A stretch of DNA of 64,000 bases from Amoebophrya sp. A120 (Eukaryota; Protista; Dinoflagellata), in the NCBI GenBank assembly GCA_905178155.1, contig CAJINV010000002.1, positions 696,422-760,421 on the forward strand. The letters are read 5' to 3'. Of the stretch, positions 1-12,900 are shown one piece after another (the stretch's first letter is position 1; each line of letters begins with the position of its first letter). The translations under genes and the position numbers were made by a program. The notes beneath the pieces were generated by a model. It was not told the DNA's origin. It searched no databases and was given only the letters and a program-made list of their open reading frames with translations.

Positions 1-2846
1 ATCTTTTTACAACTGAGGAGGAGGAGGAATAAACTCTACAGTCAGCTTCTAACTACTAAGCTACTCTCTCTGTGTAAGCTAACCATAGGAAAGATTTTCG
101 CTGGGACTAGGTGCTGCCTGCCGATGGTTTGCAACGCTTCAACTTTCCAGGTAGTTGTAGCCGGTTGTCTCTTTCGGCTGGTATGCGACCCCCTCAGCAG
201 GTCTACTCACGAGTGTCCTTTGTCGTCTTCGCTGCTTTTTACAGTGGCTCTGTAGATCGGTCGACGTGTTGACTTAGTTGTGGTCTGCCGCTGGATCTTA
301 GTTTTGTGACGTTCTGACTACCCAAGGGTGGGCAGCCGAAGCCGCCGTGGCCAAGGGATGCCAGGTTGCCCCTGAGGGGACTTATTCGTCACCGCGGTAG
401 GAAGAAGTGAGCCACTGCGACGGTTAGTTGTGAGGACACCCGAGGTAGAGTTACCCGTCGTGTGCCGCCCGCTGCAGAGGATTTGTAGTCCCTCCGCAGT
501 CGTCATGAAGTAATGCAGAATGCTGATAGTGCGTCGCCCGCTCCGACGTAGTACAGAAAGCTCCCCCGTCGTCGATCCTCGGTTGACCCTCCCCCGTCGT
601 TGGCGGAAATCCTTCTGTCGCGCGTGTAGGCGCGTCCACGTCCGACGTCGTTAAGAGGGGCGTTCTTCTCGAGCACGCTGGCTGTGCTGATGCACAAAGA
701 AAGATAGCCTGGGTGGAATCAAAGGAAATAACCAGGGGAACGGAAAAAGATCGATGAGGACAAGCCCACGGGTTCCCCTCACTGACATGTCCTGCGCCCT
801 CGTCCCTAAGAAAAGCGCAGGCCCTTGTCGCGTCGCTCGATCACGGCACGAAGGTCACGACCACGGCGGGCGCGGAGGTGGAGCGTGTTATCTACTACTA
901 GTCATTATTTTTTCGTAGGCCCGGTTTCTACTTCTGTGTTGGTCTCGGTAAAAGGAAAACGCGTAAAGTAAAATATAGACTATCGACACGCGCCTGCGCT
1001 GTGATCGCGGGCGGCAGTATCCGTTCCCGTGCCTGCGGTGTGCCGGGGCCATTGAAGGGGGTCAATGCACTATGCAATTTGTCAAGCAGTATATCTACCT
1101 GACCTTCTTTTTCAACATCATGCGCACTGTATATTTGTCTATCCGTATCCGCCCTTACACTGCGTAGCGCAGTGGGCACCTCCGCTCTCACATGACATCA
1201 TGCCTACTCCGGTCGCGGCGGGCAAGCATGCTTATTCGGTGCCTTGTGCACGAGTCCCCCCCTCCGGTCCCCATCCGCGACGGCCCTCATGGCTCACCGC
1301 GGCTAGTCTGCTGTTTGGGTTCTATGCCTCTTTTCCACGATATCCCGCGGGGGGGGAGGGGGTGCGGGTCCAAGGTTGGCGGGCACGCCTCGCGTATCAC
1401 CGAGCTTGTGTCTCCAGCCGCTAGTCTTACTGCTACTTTTTATTTACTACTCTATCCGGAGCCTTCTATCTAACTCCACGACGGGGCTATTCGGTGGCCC
1501 GTGCTGCAGCGGCGCTGTCAGTGAGGGGGGCGACGCCATCATTTTCTTTCTTGTATTTTTGTAGTAAGAGTGAACTGCTACAGAAAGTTTTTGTGTTGTT
1601 AGCACTACTGTAAAAGGGGCACAGAGGACCCGCCACGTACGGGTGTTTATTTAATTTCATTTCGAAACTCCACTGCAGGGAGTCGGGGGAGGTACCGACG
1701 TGGCGTCAGTGGTAGGTAAACAATTGATGAGAAAAACAAGAGATGGTCCTACTCTACGGCATAGCTCCCCCTGTTCTACATTGATGGATCTCAGGCAACA
1801 AGACAAACGTCTTGAGCCAAATTTATCTTTTTACAACTGCTGCCCATGAAGATGACAACTTGAACTTTCATCACTACCCTCTTTCGTGAGTGAAAACAAA
1901 TTCCTCGACTTTGTTCTACTTCTTTCAACGGACCCACTCAGGAGGACCCCCTCGCTTGACGACCCCGAAAAATTCCCCTCTGAAAGAATCCCACGTGAAA
2001 ACAAGAGCATCGAGTTTATTGCGGTGGTATTAACGCGAAGGCGAAGAAGGTAAATGATATAGAATTTGTTTCATATTGCTACCCAAGGACACGGAGCCTA
2101 CGACACAATATCGCTCCAGATCCGGCACTAGCCCTTGAGTCAGCAGATCGTGCTTTGTAGCCGCTCAGGTCCAGTACCAACATTCGCATTACGATTGCCC
2201 TTCGCTTCGCGGTAAGTGGGAGGGCAGGCACGGAAAAATCATCCGCTCTGGTGTAAGTACTTTTTCGCCTTTGTCTTCCTGCTTTTTCTGTACATTGTTC
2301 TTCGGCAAAGTCCAATAAACCAACAAACTGTTCTTGCAGCAAATCTGAGCTGCCGGTGAAGTCACCAGGACGGCGCTCGTCAAGAACGGAGCCATACCGG
2401 TGCTGGCTGTGTGCTATCATACATAAAACCATAAAAACTTTCCTGAAAATCAAAGTCAATTAAAGTCAAAGCCACAAGCTAAAATTCCTACTCAACTGAA
2501 ACTAGCACGACGAATAAATACAGTTTTGGTCCTCGTCGCGGTATTAATCAAATTCGCAGTGAATAGAACTAGTCAATGAGTCATAAAGCCACAATTCGAA
2601 ATTTTTTTTTACATTTTCTAACGATGAAAAAGTCAATTAAAGTCAAAGCCACGAAAAATGCCACACTTGCTCCTTCGTCTTGCCATTGTAAGTTTATCTT
2701 CCAAATGAGTCAACATCTACTTAATCTGCCTATCAAGCGGTACGAAATTATTTTAAGTCAAAGTAAGTGAGAAAATCTGGATGAAAATAAAGTAGTTGCA
2801 GAAGACATGCAACTCTTCTGCTCTGATGCACCACCCGAGATCAGCA

Positions 2847-5800
2847 TCAGTACCGATCCACATTTCGGAACAGGCGGAAGTCGGGCTCCACCACGTGGTG
2901 GTTCGAAGGCGGCATAATCACATCCTTCACAATCGCACCCGTTCCGATCATCCCGCTCTGTCGCTTGTCACTCACCCGATTCACATCGGGTTTGTTGGAT
3001 TTCGGCAGCGCCTGACGGTAGTCGAGGACAGACCGGTCGTTTCGCATCGGCTTCTCGCCGCCGATGGTTTCGATGGTACCTGGGGGGGGGGTGATTTTCC
3101 GAGAAATTCATGTACTACCGCACGAAAAAATAACAAATGCTGGAAGGACGAGAGTATGCATGACAGTAAACTCGACCTCGAAGTCAGACCACAAAGGAAA
3201 TACTCAGATTCGGCCCCCTCTTAAAATAGCGCGGCTTTGTGTTCAGGATTCCCTTTCCCGTTTTTGGGTCCTCCTCTACCATGCAGTACTGCCACCGTGG
3301 CATGCCACTCCCGACTACCCCTGGTACCATACGCATGCCGAACATCCAGCTCGGAGCTTCTGGCGCGAGGGAAGTGGACTGAACGTCACCGTATCTGGTA
3401 GAAGTTTTGTTTCATTCATCACGTATGTGTCCCTCTCATCTGATGCGACATGATCCGCATAACAAATCACAATCGTCAATGTCGCCACGCAAGTTATGCA
3501 ATACATCAATCACAACTCTATGTACACTATACCCTATCATTCCGTTCCCATACCCAATGTGGTCCTTTGATTTCTTAATCAGTTGCGCCTGCTCCTCGGT
3601 TTCTAGGTTTGGTCTGCTGACACCAATCGTCTTTCTCGTCACGTCGTGATACCTTTTTATTTTTGATGATTCTGTTTTCTCATGCGTTTTCTTCTTGCAT
3701 CACAGATCATGCGTGTCATGCAGTAGTCGCTCCATCACCCTGTTGCAAACCAAATAAAAAAGGTCTTATTGTACCAGCTGTGTTTCCTGTAGTCGTACAC
3801 TTCGTCGGTTGCAGACCGGTTTTTCCTATCCTGTGCAAAAATATCGTACCTGTAGTAATCGCAGTCATGCATTACAAAGTTCTTTGTCAAGTTGAATCCG
3901 CATTACAAATTTCATTTCTCATGCTGGGAAAATTTGTCAAAGGATTTATACTACTTAGTACGATCCTTTTGCAGTTGATATTTCCTGCCACTCGCCACTG
4001 CCGGAGCATCGTAGGTATAAACCGTGTCGTATCCACCTGTGCAAAAGTATCGCACTCGTACTAATTGCAGTTATGCATTACAAATTAATATATTTATATA
4101 TGGAAGAAAACGGGGCCGGAGAGGTTCCGGTAGAGGGTGGGGAGAGGTTCCATAGAGGTAAAATAGAGGTTGGGAGAGGTAAAGTAGAGGGTCGGGGAAA
4201 AATAGAGGGTCGGGGAGAGGTAAAGCGAGAGGTAAAGGAGATGGTAGGGAGAGGGTGGGTAGTATGTCGGCCCTTATAGCGGCGCTATACGCCCGAAGAG
4301 GGTAGGTAGAGGGTGGACAGAGGTCAAATAGAGGGTAGGGGGAGAGGGTCGGGAGGGTCCGAGAGGGTGCGTAGTATAGGGCGACCCTCTATGTGACCCT
4401 CTACCGCGACCCTCTCCGGGAACCTCTATTTTACCTCTCCGCGGACCCTCTCGGGACCTCTCCGACCCTCTCCCGGACCCTCTCCGGGACCCTCTCCGAA
4501 CCTCTCCCGGACCCTCTCCCGGACCCTCTCCCGGACCCTCTCCCGGACCCTCTCCCGGACCCTCTCGCGGACCCTCTCGCGGACCACCTCCAGGAGCACA
4601 GCCTGCCCACTTGTCTGCGCGCGGCGCCCCCTAAAGAAGCTCGCTAGGGCGCAGCGACCGGCCGGCATTGTTTTATTTCGCTTTCAGATCAGAGCGGGCG
4701 TTCAAAGTGCGTGCGCCGCTCTGCGTCCCCCAGAGGGGGCGCGGCGCCACGCCTTAACCTGGTCGGCCACCTAGGGTGGCCGCAACTTCTTTCCCACAGC
4801 GACCGCGCGCGCTGGCAGCAGGTGCGTCGCCCTTGTGGCGTCTTGAACGTTGGCGCCCGGAAATAGTTTCCTGTGCGCATTTTCCCACGGCGCGCAGCTA
4901 CTAAGGCCGGGCATGGTGCCGATCATAGCCGAAACATGGGCCGGGTTCTTTTTATTTGGTTGTGTAGCGGCGCGCGGTCATTGCTGGCGCCACCTTCCCC
5001 ACCGGAACACCTCCACCGAACAGCCCCCTCCCCGGCGGCCTCCGCCGGGGGGTGGCTGGTCTCTTTCTTAAGGCAAATCCGCATGACAAATTTTATTTCT
5101 CATGCTGGGGACATTTGTATTGCAATTTATACTAGTACGATACTTTTGCGATGCATATGTCGACGGTGAACGGCTCGATATTGCCCTCGGATTTTGTTGA
5201 GCGTAAGGTACCGATCGCGGGGTTGATTGAGTATCACCTGCTCAGGAGGTGTTACAATCTCAACTGTTGCAATAGAGTCTGGAATTTGTGTTGCAAGAAG
5301 TGCACTATCTAGCCAACTCTCAAAGGATTGCGCATGACAAGTTTCGGAGTTCCAATCCGCACCAGAATCTGGCGAAATTTGTATTGCAGAAGGTGGAATG
5401 CTCTGCGATTCTGTCATGCTCATCATGCAACACAAATTTCAGATTCGATTGGAACGTTTGAGATTGTAACCTTTGAGCAGGTCATATTGACGGATTTTTG
5501 TTTCTGACCGCCAGATTCCAATGGTGCATCTCATTCGCCAGTCGTTTCTGATAAGTACGGGTCATTTTCATCGCTTGTCATGCAGAAGCCCTGCATAAGA
5601 GCTGGGACATGCAACACACGAAACGCATAACATTTCATCCAAAAGTAAAACAAAATACGTCTGCATTTGTCCGTAGTTGTTGCTTCCCACTGACCGCTGT
5701 TTTCCAGTATGAGTCGTGTGTTGGTCGTCCGAAGCTCCCGGGTGTGTCAAGGTCAAAAAAGATTTTGAACAACTACTCTGTGCATGACAATGGTAGCGTC

Positions 5801-6139
5801 TCATGCAAGAAAAAGCATGACGAGTGTCGTGTGGTTCATGATTTCAATTTTGATATCCTGGCAAATGTGGGTTTCCGCTCGTCGCTCGATTTTTCCTTGT
5901 TCGGGTACCTGTTGTTGAATGAGGGTGAGAATAGGATGTCATGCGCTTTTAGCAACACAAAAAAAATGTGACGACGAATGGGAATGCATTTTCGGCTTTA
6001 CAAAGATTTACAAGCCGATACACAAACCGTTGAGATGAACCACCTAAATACCTAATCCCAGCTCTTCCACCGTTTCTCTGCCTACCGCGACGAACCCCGG
6101 GGCCGGGTGCTTGCTGGTATCTACGCGATACTCCACCAT
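2847..6139 (-). CDS. Hypothetical multi-exon protein; 5' exons uncertain
   Basis: Exon-like segments read as one protein (..KNRSATDEVYDYRKHSWYNKTF / YHDVTRKTIGVSRPNLETEEQAQLIKKSKDHIG / DVQSTSLAPEAPSWMFGMRMVPG.. / TIETIGGEKPMRNDR..RNVDRY*), separated by TAT..ATA inserts; no domain recognised; several junctions not verified. Confidence 0.45.
3827..3980. mobile_element. Introner family B
   Basis: TIRs; DR tttcc. Confidence 0.85.
4085..5059 (+). mobile_element. Non-autonomous Helitron-like insertion nested in an introner
   Basis: Inserted between A and T with no TSD; 3' end CTGG preceded by GC hairpin CCCCGGCGG-cct-CCGCCGGGG (5030-5050); removal restores the family-B consensus. Confidence 0.6.
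4100..4590. repeat. Purine-rich AGAGGG(T) array followed by its inverted CCCTCT array (12-bp unit CCCTCTCCCGGA)
   Basis: Visible degenerate tandem units, inverted about position 4375. Confidence 0.85.
5232..5486. mobile_element. Introner with a distinct long TIR
   Basis: About 60-bp imperfect TIR; DR ttgag/ttgac. Confidence 0.75.
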
Positions 6140-9100
6140 GGTGATAGGAGTAGTTTTTTTTTGCCTGTGCCTTGTGTTGTGCAGTGGGCGTGGGTGTGTA
6201 TTTTTAGATACTGATGGTAGTATACAACATGACAAAAAAAAACAGCAAGCGACCTCACAAGAGCGATACCACGACAACTAGCAGTTTAAGGCAAACCAAG
6301 AGGAATGGCATCTTTGATAGTAAATACAGTACAGACCGTGGCCGTGGCGTTTACGAAAGTGCAGTAAAATAGTTGTCAATTTTATGGTACAGAGTAAAAA
6401 AAGTATGTTGTTGCGTCGATATGTATTTTATACACGAGAAAAACAAAATGCGATACAGGTTGTGAAATTCGAAACGATGCACGACGACTTCAAAAAAAGT
6501 TGTTTTCAACTCCCACGAGAACTCTTCAAGTATCTCTTCCAAAAGTCCTATGGTCGTTCAATTATGGTCGAGCGAGATTGTAATTGATCCGTCCCATAGG
6601 TACCCATTTCAGAAAAAGCATAAGGACGACCCGATATAATGATTTCAATCACACCAACTCAACATGAAGATGGTTTGCATGAAAACCCCAATGCAACGTT
6701 GTCTCACGAAGATCACCTTCTGTGACAAAGGTATAGCCTGCAGAAGTGCTGTCATGACGTAGTGCCTCACTTTCGCTTCTTTCTACGACGCGCTCCGTCT
6801 CAGTCATGCTCCCTCTCGTCTTTGGAAGTGCTATGTATAGCGGGCAAAGAGACGGGCGTCGCGCTCCCATCCGGATGCAAACAGTGGCCATTTTCTTCTT
6901 AGCATTCCCACTCGCCCTGCCTGCACGCCAGAATCTGCCAGCACAACTTCTAACACTATCAACTGCAGCTCTGACGAAATTCCTATCGGGCCGCGCCCAC
7001 CGAAATGAAATAGCCCTCCGGGGGCCACGAAAAACCGGCGCGCCCAAGGAGACACAACGTGGAGGCGGGCAAATCGTTGCAACACATGCGCAACGGGCTG
7101 GCGCAGAGAGAAATAGACCAGCCCGGCGCCCCCATGCATGCGCGGGCCTTTGTTTTAGTGTTGGCCCACGCCAGCCTTGCCGTGGGAGCCGCCAGCGAGC
7201 CTCCCTGGAACGCGGCGCGGCCTGGGATTACGTAGCCGAAAGCCAGCGCGGCGGGCGAGCGTGCGCGCGAGCCTGCCCGCCGGCACGCAGGCTGGCCGAG
7301 GCCCGGCGGGGGGGCGCGGGGGCGGCGGGGTGTTCTCCACGAGCGAGGCGGCGGGGGGCGGCACGCATCCGATGGGACGGCAACAGGCCCGGCCCGCTGG
7401 CTTTCGCCCGCCTGTCGTTCCATTCCAGCACTAACCGCCGGCCAACCGCCCCAAGGCGCGGGCCCCGGCGCCACTGTTCCTGCGCGTTTCCATCCTTTCC
7501 GGGATCCTCGCGGAGACTTTACGCCAAGGGCCGGGCTGGCTCACCACGCCCGCGGCCCGCGCCGGGTGCCCTCCTGGCCTTCGCCAACGAGACAAACACC
7601 ACTCAGCCGCGCAAATGAGCCCGCCCCCTGGCACTAGTGGCAGGAGCGATACACACTAAGTGAGGCCAGGTAGCCGAGCGCGGAAGAACCGCCACGCAGT
7701 CCTGGATGCCCCGCGGCCGGGCGGGGCCACGACATTGCGATCCGCCCAGCCAACCTCCAACAGCACCGCGCGAAACAGCTCGCGGGCAGTCACTGGCTAC
7801 GTCAAGATAGATTGACGATGTTGTTTGAGTTTGCTTGGTGCTACTCTTCGGTGCGGTGCCCACTCGTCTTCCTGCTTCGCTCAACACTCACACAACATAA
7901 TTACATCTTGCTCCCCCCCTTGCGTTCACACTCACAGGACAGGTTTGCTTACAAAAGAGTATGAGAAAATACGCACGACACGCCACACGGAGACTCTCAA
8001 ACGGAAATGCAGCGGTCTACTCAGCTCTTTCTAGCCACAGAAAAGGCCCCTCAACCCGAGCTGATCTCACTCCGAATCTAAAACACCCAGAACAACAACG
8101 CTCCTGCAAAGAAAAAGAAACCATCGCCGAGCCAACACACAACCAAGCCCAGGCGGATCCTGCTCTGCCATTTGTTGCTCCGTGATGGCTTCTCCTGCTT
8201 CGCGCCACCAAATTGAACGAGAACTCTTGCCGGTCAACAACGCTACAGAGGCGACAATCAGGCGGCACCATGGCCAGCATCTGTCCGCGTTTCCTGTGTT
8301 TACTCCACGAGGGCGCGGGCTGCGGCAAAATGATTAACCACACCTCGCGCGGCCATCGGGCGACGTGCGCGCCGAAAGCTCCCAGGCGCAGCCATGGCAA
8401 TGGGCGGCCGGGCTGTTCGTTGCGTATCGCAAAATAAGCGTCGCGCGGTTCCGGTGATATACCGGGCGCAATATATACAGAAACACGGGGGGCCGGCGAT
8501 GCCGGGGAAAGCAACCCCCCAACGAGGGTGGATGGGGGGTCGCACGGTGTCCATCCCCCCGCGCGCCGCTCTGCCGCAGGTGGGGCGGGGGGGGCAGACG
8601 AAAGGCGAGGCGCCACCGCGCGGGCGCCTCCTCCATAGAAGAAGGCCGGCGGCCCGCGGCCTTGGTGGCTGTTTGGCGCCGAGCGTGGGACCTTCGCGCA
8701 GCTTCTGCTCCAGGGGCGAAGCGGCGCAGCGCGCTACGCCCCTCCCCCTCTTTTCCTTCCCCTCTTCGTATTCTGTCCCCGTCTCTCCTCCTCCTCTCTC
8801 ATCGCCTTGCACCTCCACCGCCGGACCCCCTCCGCCCGGGCGAATACAGCCCGGCGACCCATGCAATGCGCCCTCCCCCTCGCTGCTTCTTCAATGGAAG
8901 CGTCGCCGCGGGGGCGCTAGCGTGCGGGGCCCAAGGCGCCGGCGCCTTTCTCTACAGTCGTCATCATCTACTTGCTCTACCTTCCTCAACTACACACCAA
9001 GACGCCAGAACGACAGGGACGCGTATCATTGCTCTCTCGTTCTTTTCTCTTCTAGTCGACTCAACACAAGACCACCTTCACCTCTCGCTCTCGTCATCCT

Positions 9101-9568
9101 CGTAGTCAGCGTTTTTGCTCCAACTGTGGCGTCTGCCTGAACAACGACAAGGGTCTGAGTACTTAAGTTGTTGATTAGTTCTGCACCAGAAATTTTCAAT
9201 CTTTGTTCTTTGCAATTGCAAGTGGTTCATTAATTTCAACATTTAACAGAAGTAGAAGATCTGTATTCTTTTCGTATCATACAAGGCTCGGCTGCAGCGA
9301 GGTTTGGGCCTGCCAAGCGCGTTTAGGTCGTGACTGAGAAGTAGTACAAGGGTAAAGAGTTGCTCATTGTCTAAAAAAATTTGGTTCATCGGAGGGTATG
9401 TTGCGATAACATACGACTGACATAAAATTTTCAAATGGAAACTCTCATACTTTTAAACTACCGGTAACAATACAATATTTGAAATAATCAAGTGGAGAAA
9501 CGATAGTAGTTCACGAAATGACGATTAAGACAGTGCGTGCTGGTACTGCTGGTACCTGCTTTTATTGT

Positions 9569-9695
9569 GTAAATATTGACAAACGGAAGCTCTCAACAGT
9601 GATCTTATCTGGAAAGATTCGTGTAATATTGACAAACGGAAGCTCTCAAGAGCGAAGAGAAAAGTGTAATATTGACAAACGGAAGCTTTCAAGAG
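9569..9695. repeat. Three copies of an approximately 26-bp direct repeat AATATTGACAAACGGAAGCTCTCAA
   Basis: Copies start at 9572, 9625 and 9668. Confidence 0.9.
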
Positions 9696-9944
9696 GGATG
9701 TAATTTTGGAAAGATTGGTTAATTCTGGCATAATATCGGCGATACAGCCTACAACAGCCGTACATAGCGTTCAAATTTTTCTTGGAAAAAGTGGAAGTTG
9801 TGGCAATACTTCTTCTTTTTGCCATCTTGTTGAAAAAAAGTAAATTCCCCGTTTTGAAAAAAAGTAAATTCCCTTCCTAAACTCAGTCACTGAAACTCCA
9901 CCGCTCAATAATTATCATACCCAGCGCCGGCCCCGACGTCTTGT

Positions 9945-12900
9945 TCACTGGTGTTGTAAGTAACTTTCATTCGTTTTGCCCGTGGTCGCCATCGTGGTGA
10001 TCTCGTTTATTCCAGCAGCATGAGCATCGGCATGGTGCGCAAAATCGGTTTCTTGGTAGCACCAGACGCCGTACTGATTATCCCGCTGGTTGGTGTTCAT
10101 GAGATTCGGATCAGTATATTCAAGCTTGTCTTCTTCAAATTGCAGCCACATTTTGCTCCTCTTCCCGGTCATCTTCAATACCGGCCCGCCGGGTCCCCGC
10201 CCCGTCCGTGATGCGGAAGATCTAGATCTTGCATACTGCATGTAGTTCTTGTTTTGCGCAGGAGATGTTGCTTCATCGCCGCGGTCTCGAACAACGGAGG
10301 AATGATTTCTCCTTCTGCTCTCATGCCGGCGCAGCTGCCGAGGGTCTTCGTCTTCTCCTTTAGATCTAGTTCGAGTTTTCCCACAGAGGAAATTATCAAG
10401 TGTAAAAATGTCTGGGTCTGGAAGATTGCCAGGTTTGTCATGCACATTTTGCATGACTCCTGATGCCTGTGATGCATGCCCTAGCATCACAGATCTTGTG
10501 AGGGCTTCCTGATGCCTATACCGCATGACAAATGCTCTTTCCGTGTAGCAAAACTTGGACTCTCTTTGCTGCTCATGCAATACAGATTTTTTCAGAATGC
10601 AAAATCAGAATGACAAGTTGGATTCTTCCAGACCCAGACATTTTTACATTTGATAGAAATTCAGACTCGTTTCCATGATGTTCCCGCAGGTGAGCCGCGT
10701 GCTGTTCGTCCTCGTAGTTCCTTTGTCATGCAGCTTGTAGTCATTTCTGCTCCTCCCGCGGCTCTCGTCTGCAAGAAACTTATCATCAGAAGCTCTCCCT
10801 CCACCAAGTCCGACGTCCGCGTACCTCCCCGGGTGGTTCTTATGCATTGCAAAAGTATTGATTCTATCGTAGACTACTACAGATCGCATTACAAATTTTC
10901 TCACAAAAAAAGTGGAGTTTGTCATGCTGGAAAAGGTAATGACTGATATCTGTCATGCATGATTGCGAATGCGATTACTACGTAGACGTACGAGCACGAT
11001 AGTACTTTTCTTGCAATGCATAGTTCTTCATCTGCAGCAACTCCTGCAGTCTCGTCTGTTCCCTTTTCTGGAGACAGAAGTACGCGAGGAGAAACAAGAT
11101 CGTGCAGTAGATCACCATCGTGAGCAGCTCTTCCGTGCCGTACTTTTCGTAAAGGGAGATGTGCTCATGCTCATCGTGTCCTTCTCCATCTTTGTGGGAG
11201 GTGGAAGAGTCATGTTGTAAAGGTTGGATGTATGTTTTCTCGTAATGGTAATCATGATCTTCAACATGTTGGTGATCATCGTGCAACCTGAGCTGTGCGC
11301 CGTCTGTTCCTTCAACAACGTCTTCTTCCTTTGGAGAGATGGTCATGGTCGCTTCGTCGGTCAAAACGTGTTCTTGTGCTTATTACAATGAAAAATGCCC
11401 ACACCCCCGAACTTGGGGGCATTTGCATTGCAAACCTTTGCAAATGAAACATTCGCCCTCTTGCATTTATCAGCATCACAGATTTCCAATCGTGAATAGA
11501 ATAAATTTGTACTGCGCAAGATCCAAGCAAGAGCGGCGCTTGTCATGCAAGCGATGCGTTATACCCCTAGACTGTGCTGCATCAGAAAGATTCATAGTCC
11601 TTTCATGCATGGCAAAAAGTTTTCATTTGGAAACTTTGCATCACAAGTTATTGCAACTTTGGGGGTGGGGGTATTTTTCATTGTAATAGTGCTTGGCCGT
11701 ATTTCTTGAGATTTTTGTTTTGCAGTTCCTGCTTTTTCGTCTGCTCCTCCAGCATCTTCTTGGTGCTGCCCCGGAGGTTCATGTGCGTCGTGGTCGTCTG
11801 GTGGTTTGCCATGGGAGGTTTACTAGTTGTGGAGGAGTGTAACACCACCGCTGCAGCTGTTGTTGCTTCTGGCGCAGCATCTTCGTGATCTGCTGGTGAT
11901 TTTAAAGTACCATCGTCAACATCGAGCGGGACCACAGTTTCAACACTGGCTGTAGCGGCTTTTGCTTTCAGCTTCGACGTGCCGCGGAGGTTGTACTTCT
12001 TTGTCGTGCCCTGCTGGTAGTTTTGCTCTACTGCTGCACCTGTTGCTTCAGCCTCAGCTCCAAACACCGCCGGCTCCGTCTCCTTTTCGAACAACGCCTG
12101 TGTCACCGTGTCGTACTCAAACTTCGTCCACGTTCTTCTCTCCGCACTCCCGGCCCACCACGTTTCGATCAAGTGTGTACTATCGGCAGACGGGCTTCTT
12201 TGGAAGGGGGCGATCGTCCAGTCCTTGAACCATATCCACAGAAAAACAACCATCCCCATCCATTTTTTACATGACAAACACAGGATGGGCTTGATACGTG
12301 TTTTGCATGACAAATTGGATGTGGATGGCTGTTTTTTCATGGGTAAACCAGATCAGATTCGTCGCTCCGTCTTTGTACCACTCCACCAAAGGCTTGCTTT
12401 CTTGGTCCTTGATGTTGGCGTGGTGTTCATCTCCTTCTTCTTTTCCGCTGTTCCTGCTGTAGTCTTTGCCTTTCTGGTAGTCGACGCCCTTCCGTCCCTT
12501 CCCCCGACCGGCGCCTTGTGAGTGGCGACGAGAGGAAGAAGTTGTCGTCCTGCTTATTTCGTCGTCCGCCGAAGAAGCACGAGTCGCCGTACTACTACTA
12601 GTGTCTTGTTTCGCAGGCTCTATTTGTGGTTCCTGATTGTGATGTTCAACATTTTTCTGTTGCTGTTCCTGCTGCGGTACTGCTACTGAATTACCGTGTT
12701 CTGCGACGCCGTCCTGTAGAAACGACAGAGATTCGACCAACACGTCCAGGTCGCTGTCTTCCAATTCCGGATCGGCTACCTCCTTTCTACTAACCACCGG
12801 CGCAATGAGAAATCCGTTCTCGTCTGGAGCTGCACCATCCTGACTCGTTTCATCAGTCCCTGTCCCGGCCGTGTTTGTGACATGTTGACCATCTTCAAAG

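Larger units (their letters stand above)
4030..5157. mobile_element. Introner family B expanded by a nested insertion
   Basis: TIRs; DR tgtcg. Confidence 0.85.

Noticed and set aside
2079-2459. Protein-coding exon
   Set aside because: Plausible ORF, but no homology, start context or linked exons could be supported
6806-9140. Long Arg/Pro/Gly-rich ORFs (6806-7618, 8017-8616, 8394-9140) as genes or a transposase
   Set aside because: Overlapping ORFs in several frames are expected from high GC content; no recognisable domain
9569-9695. CRISPR array
   Set aside because: Only three repeats with short unequal spacers, no cas genes, eukaryotic context
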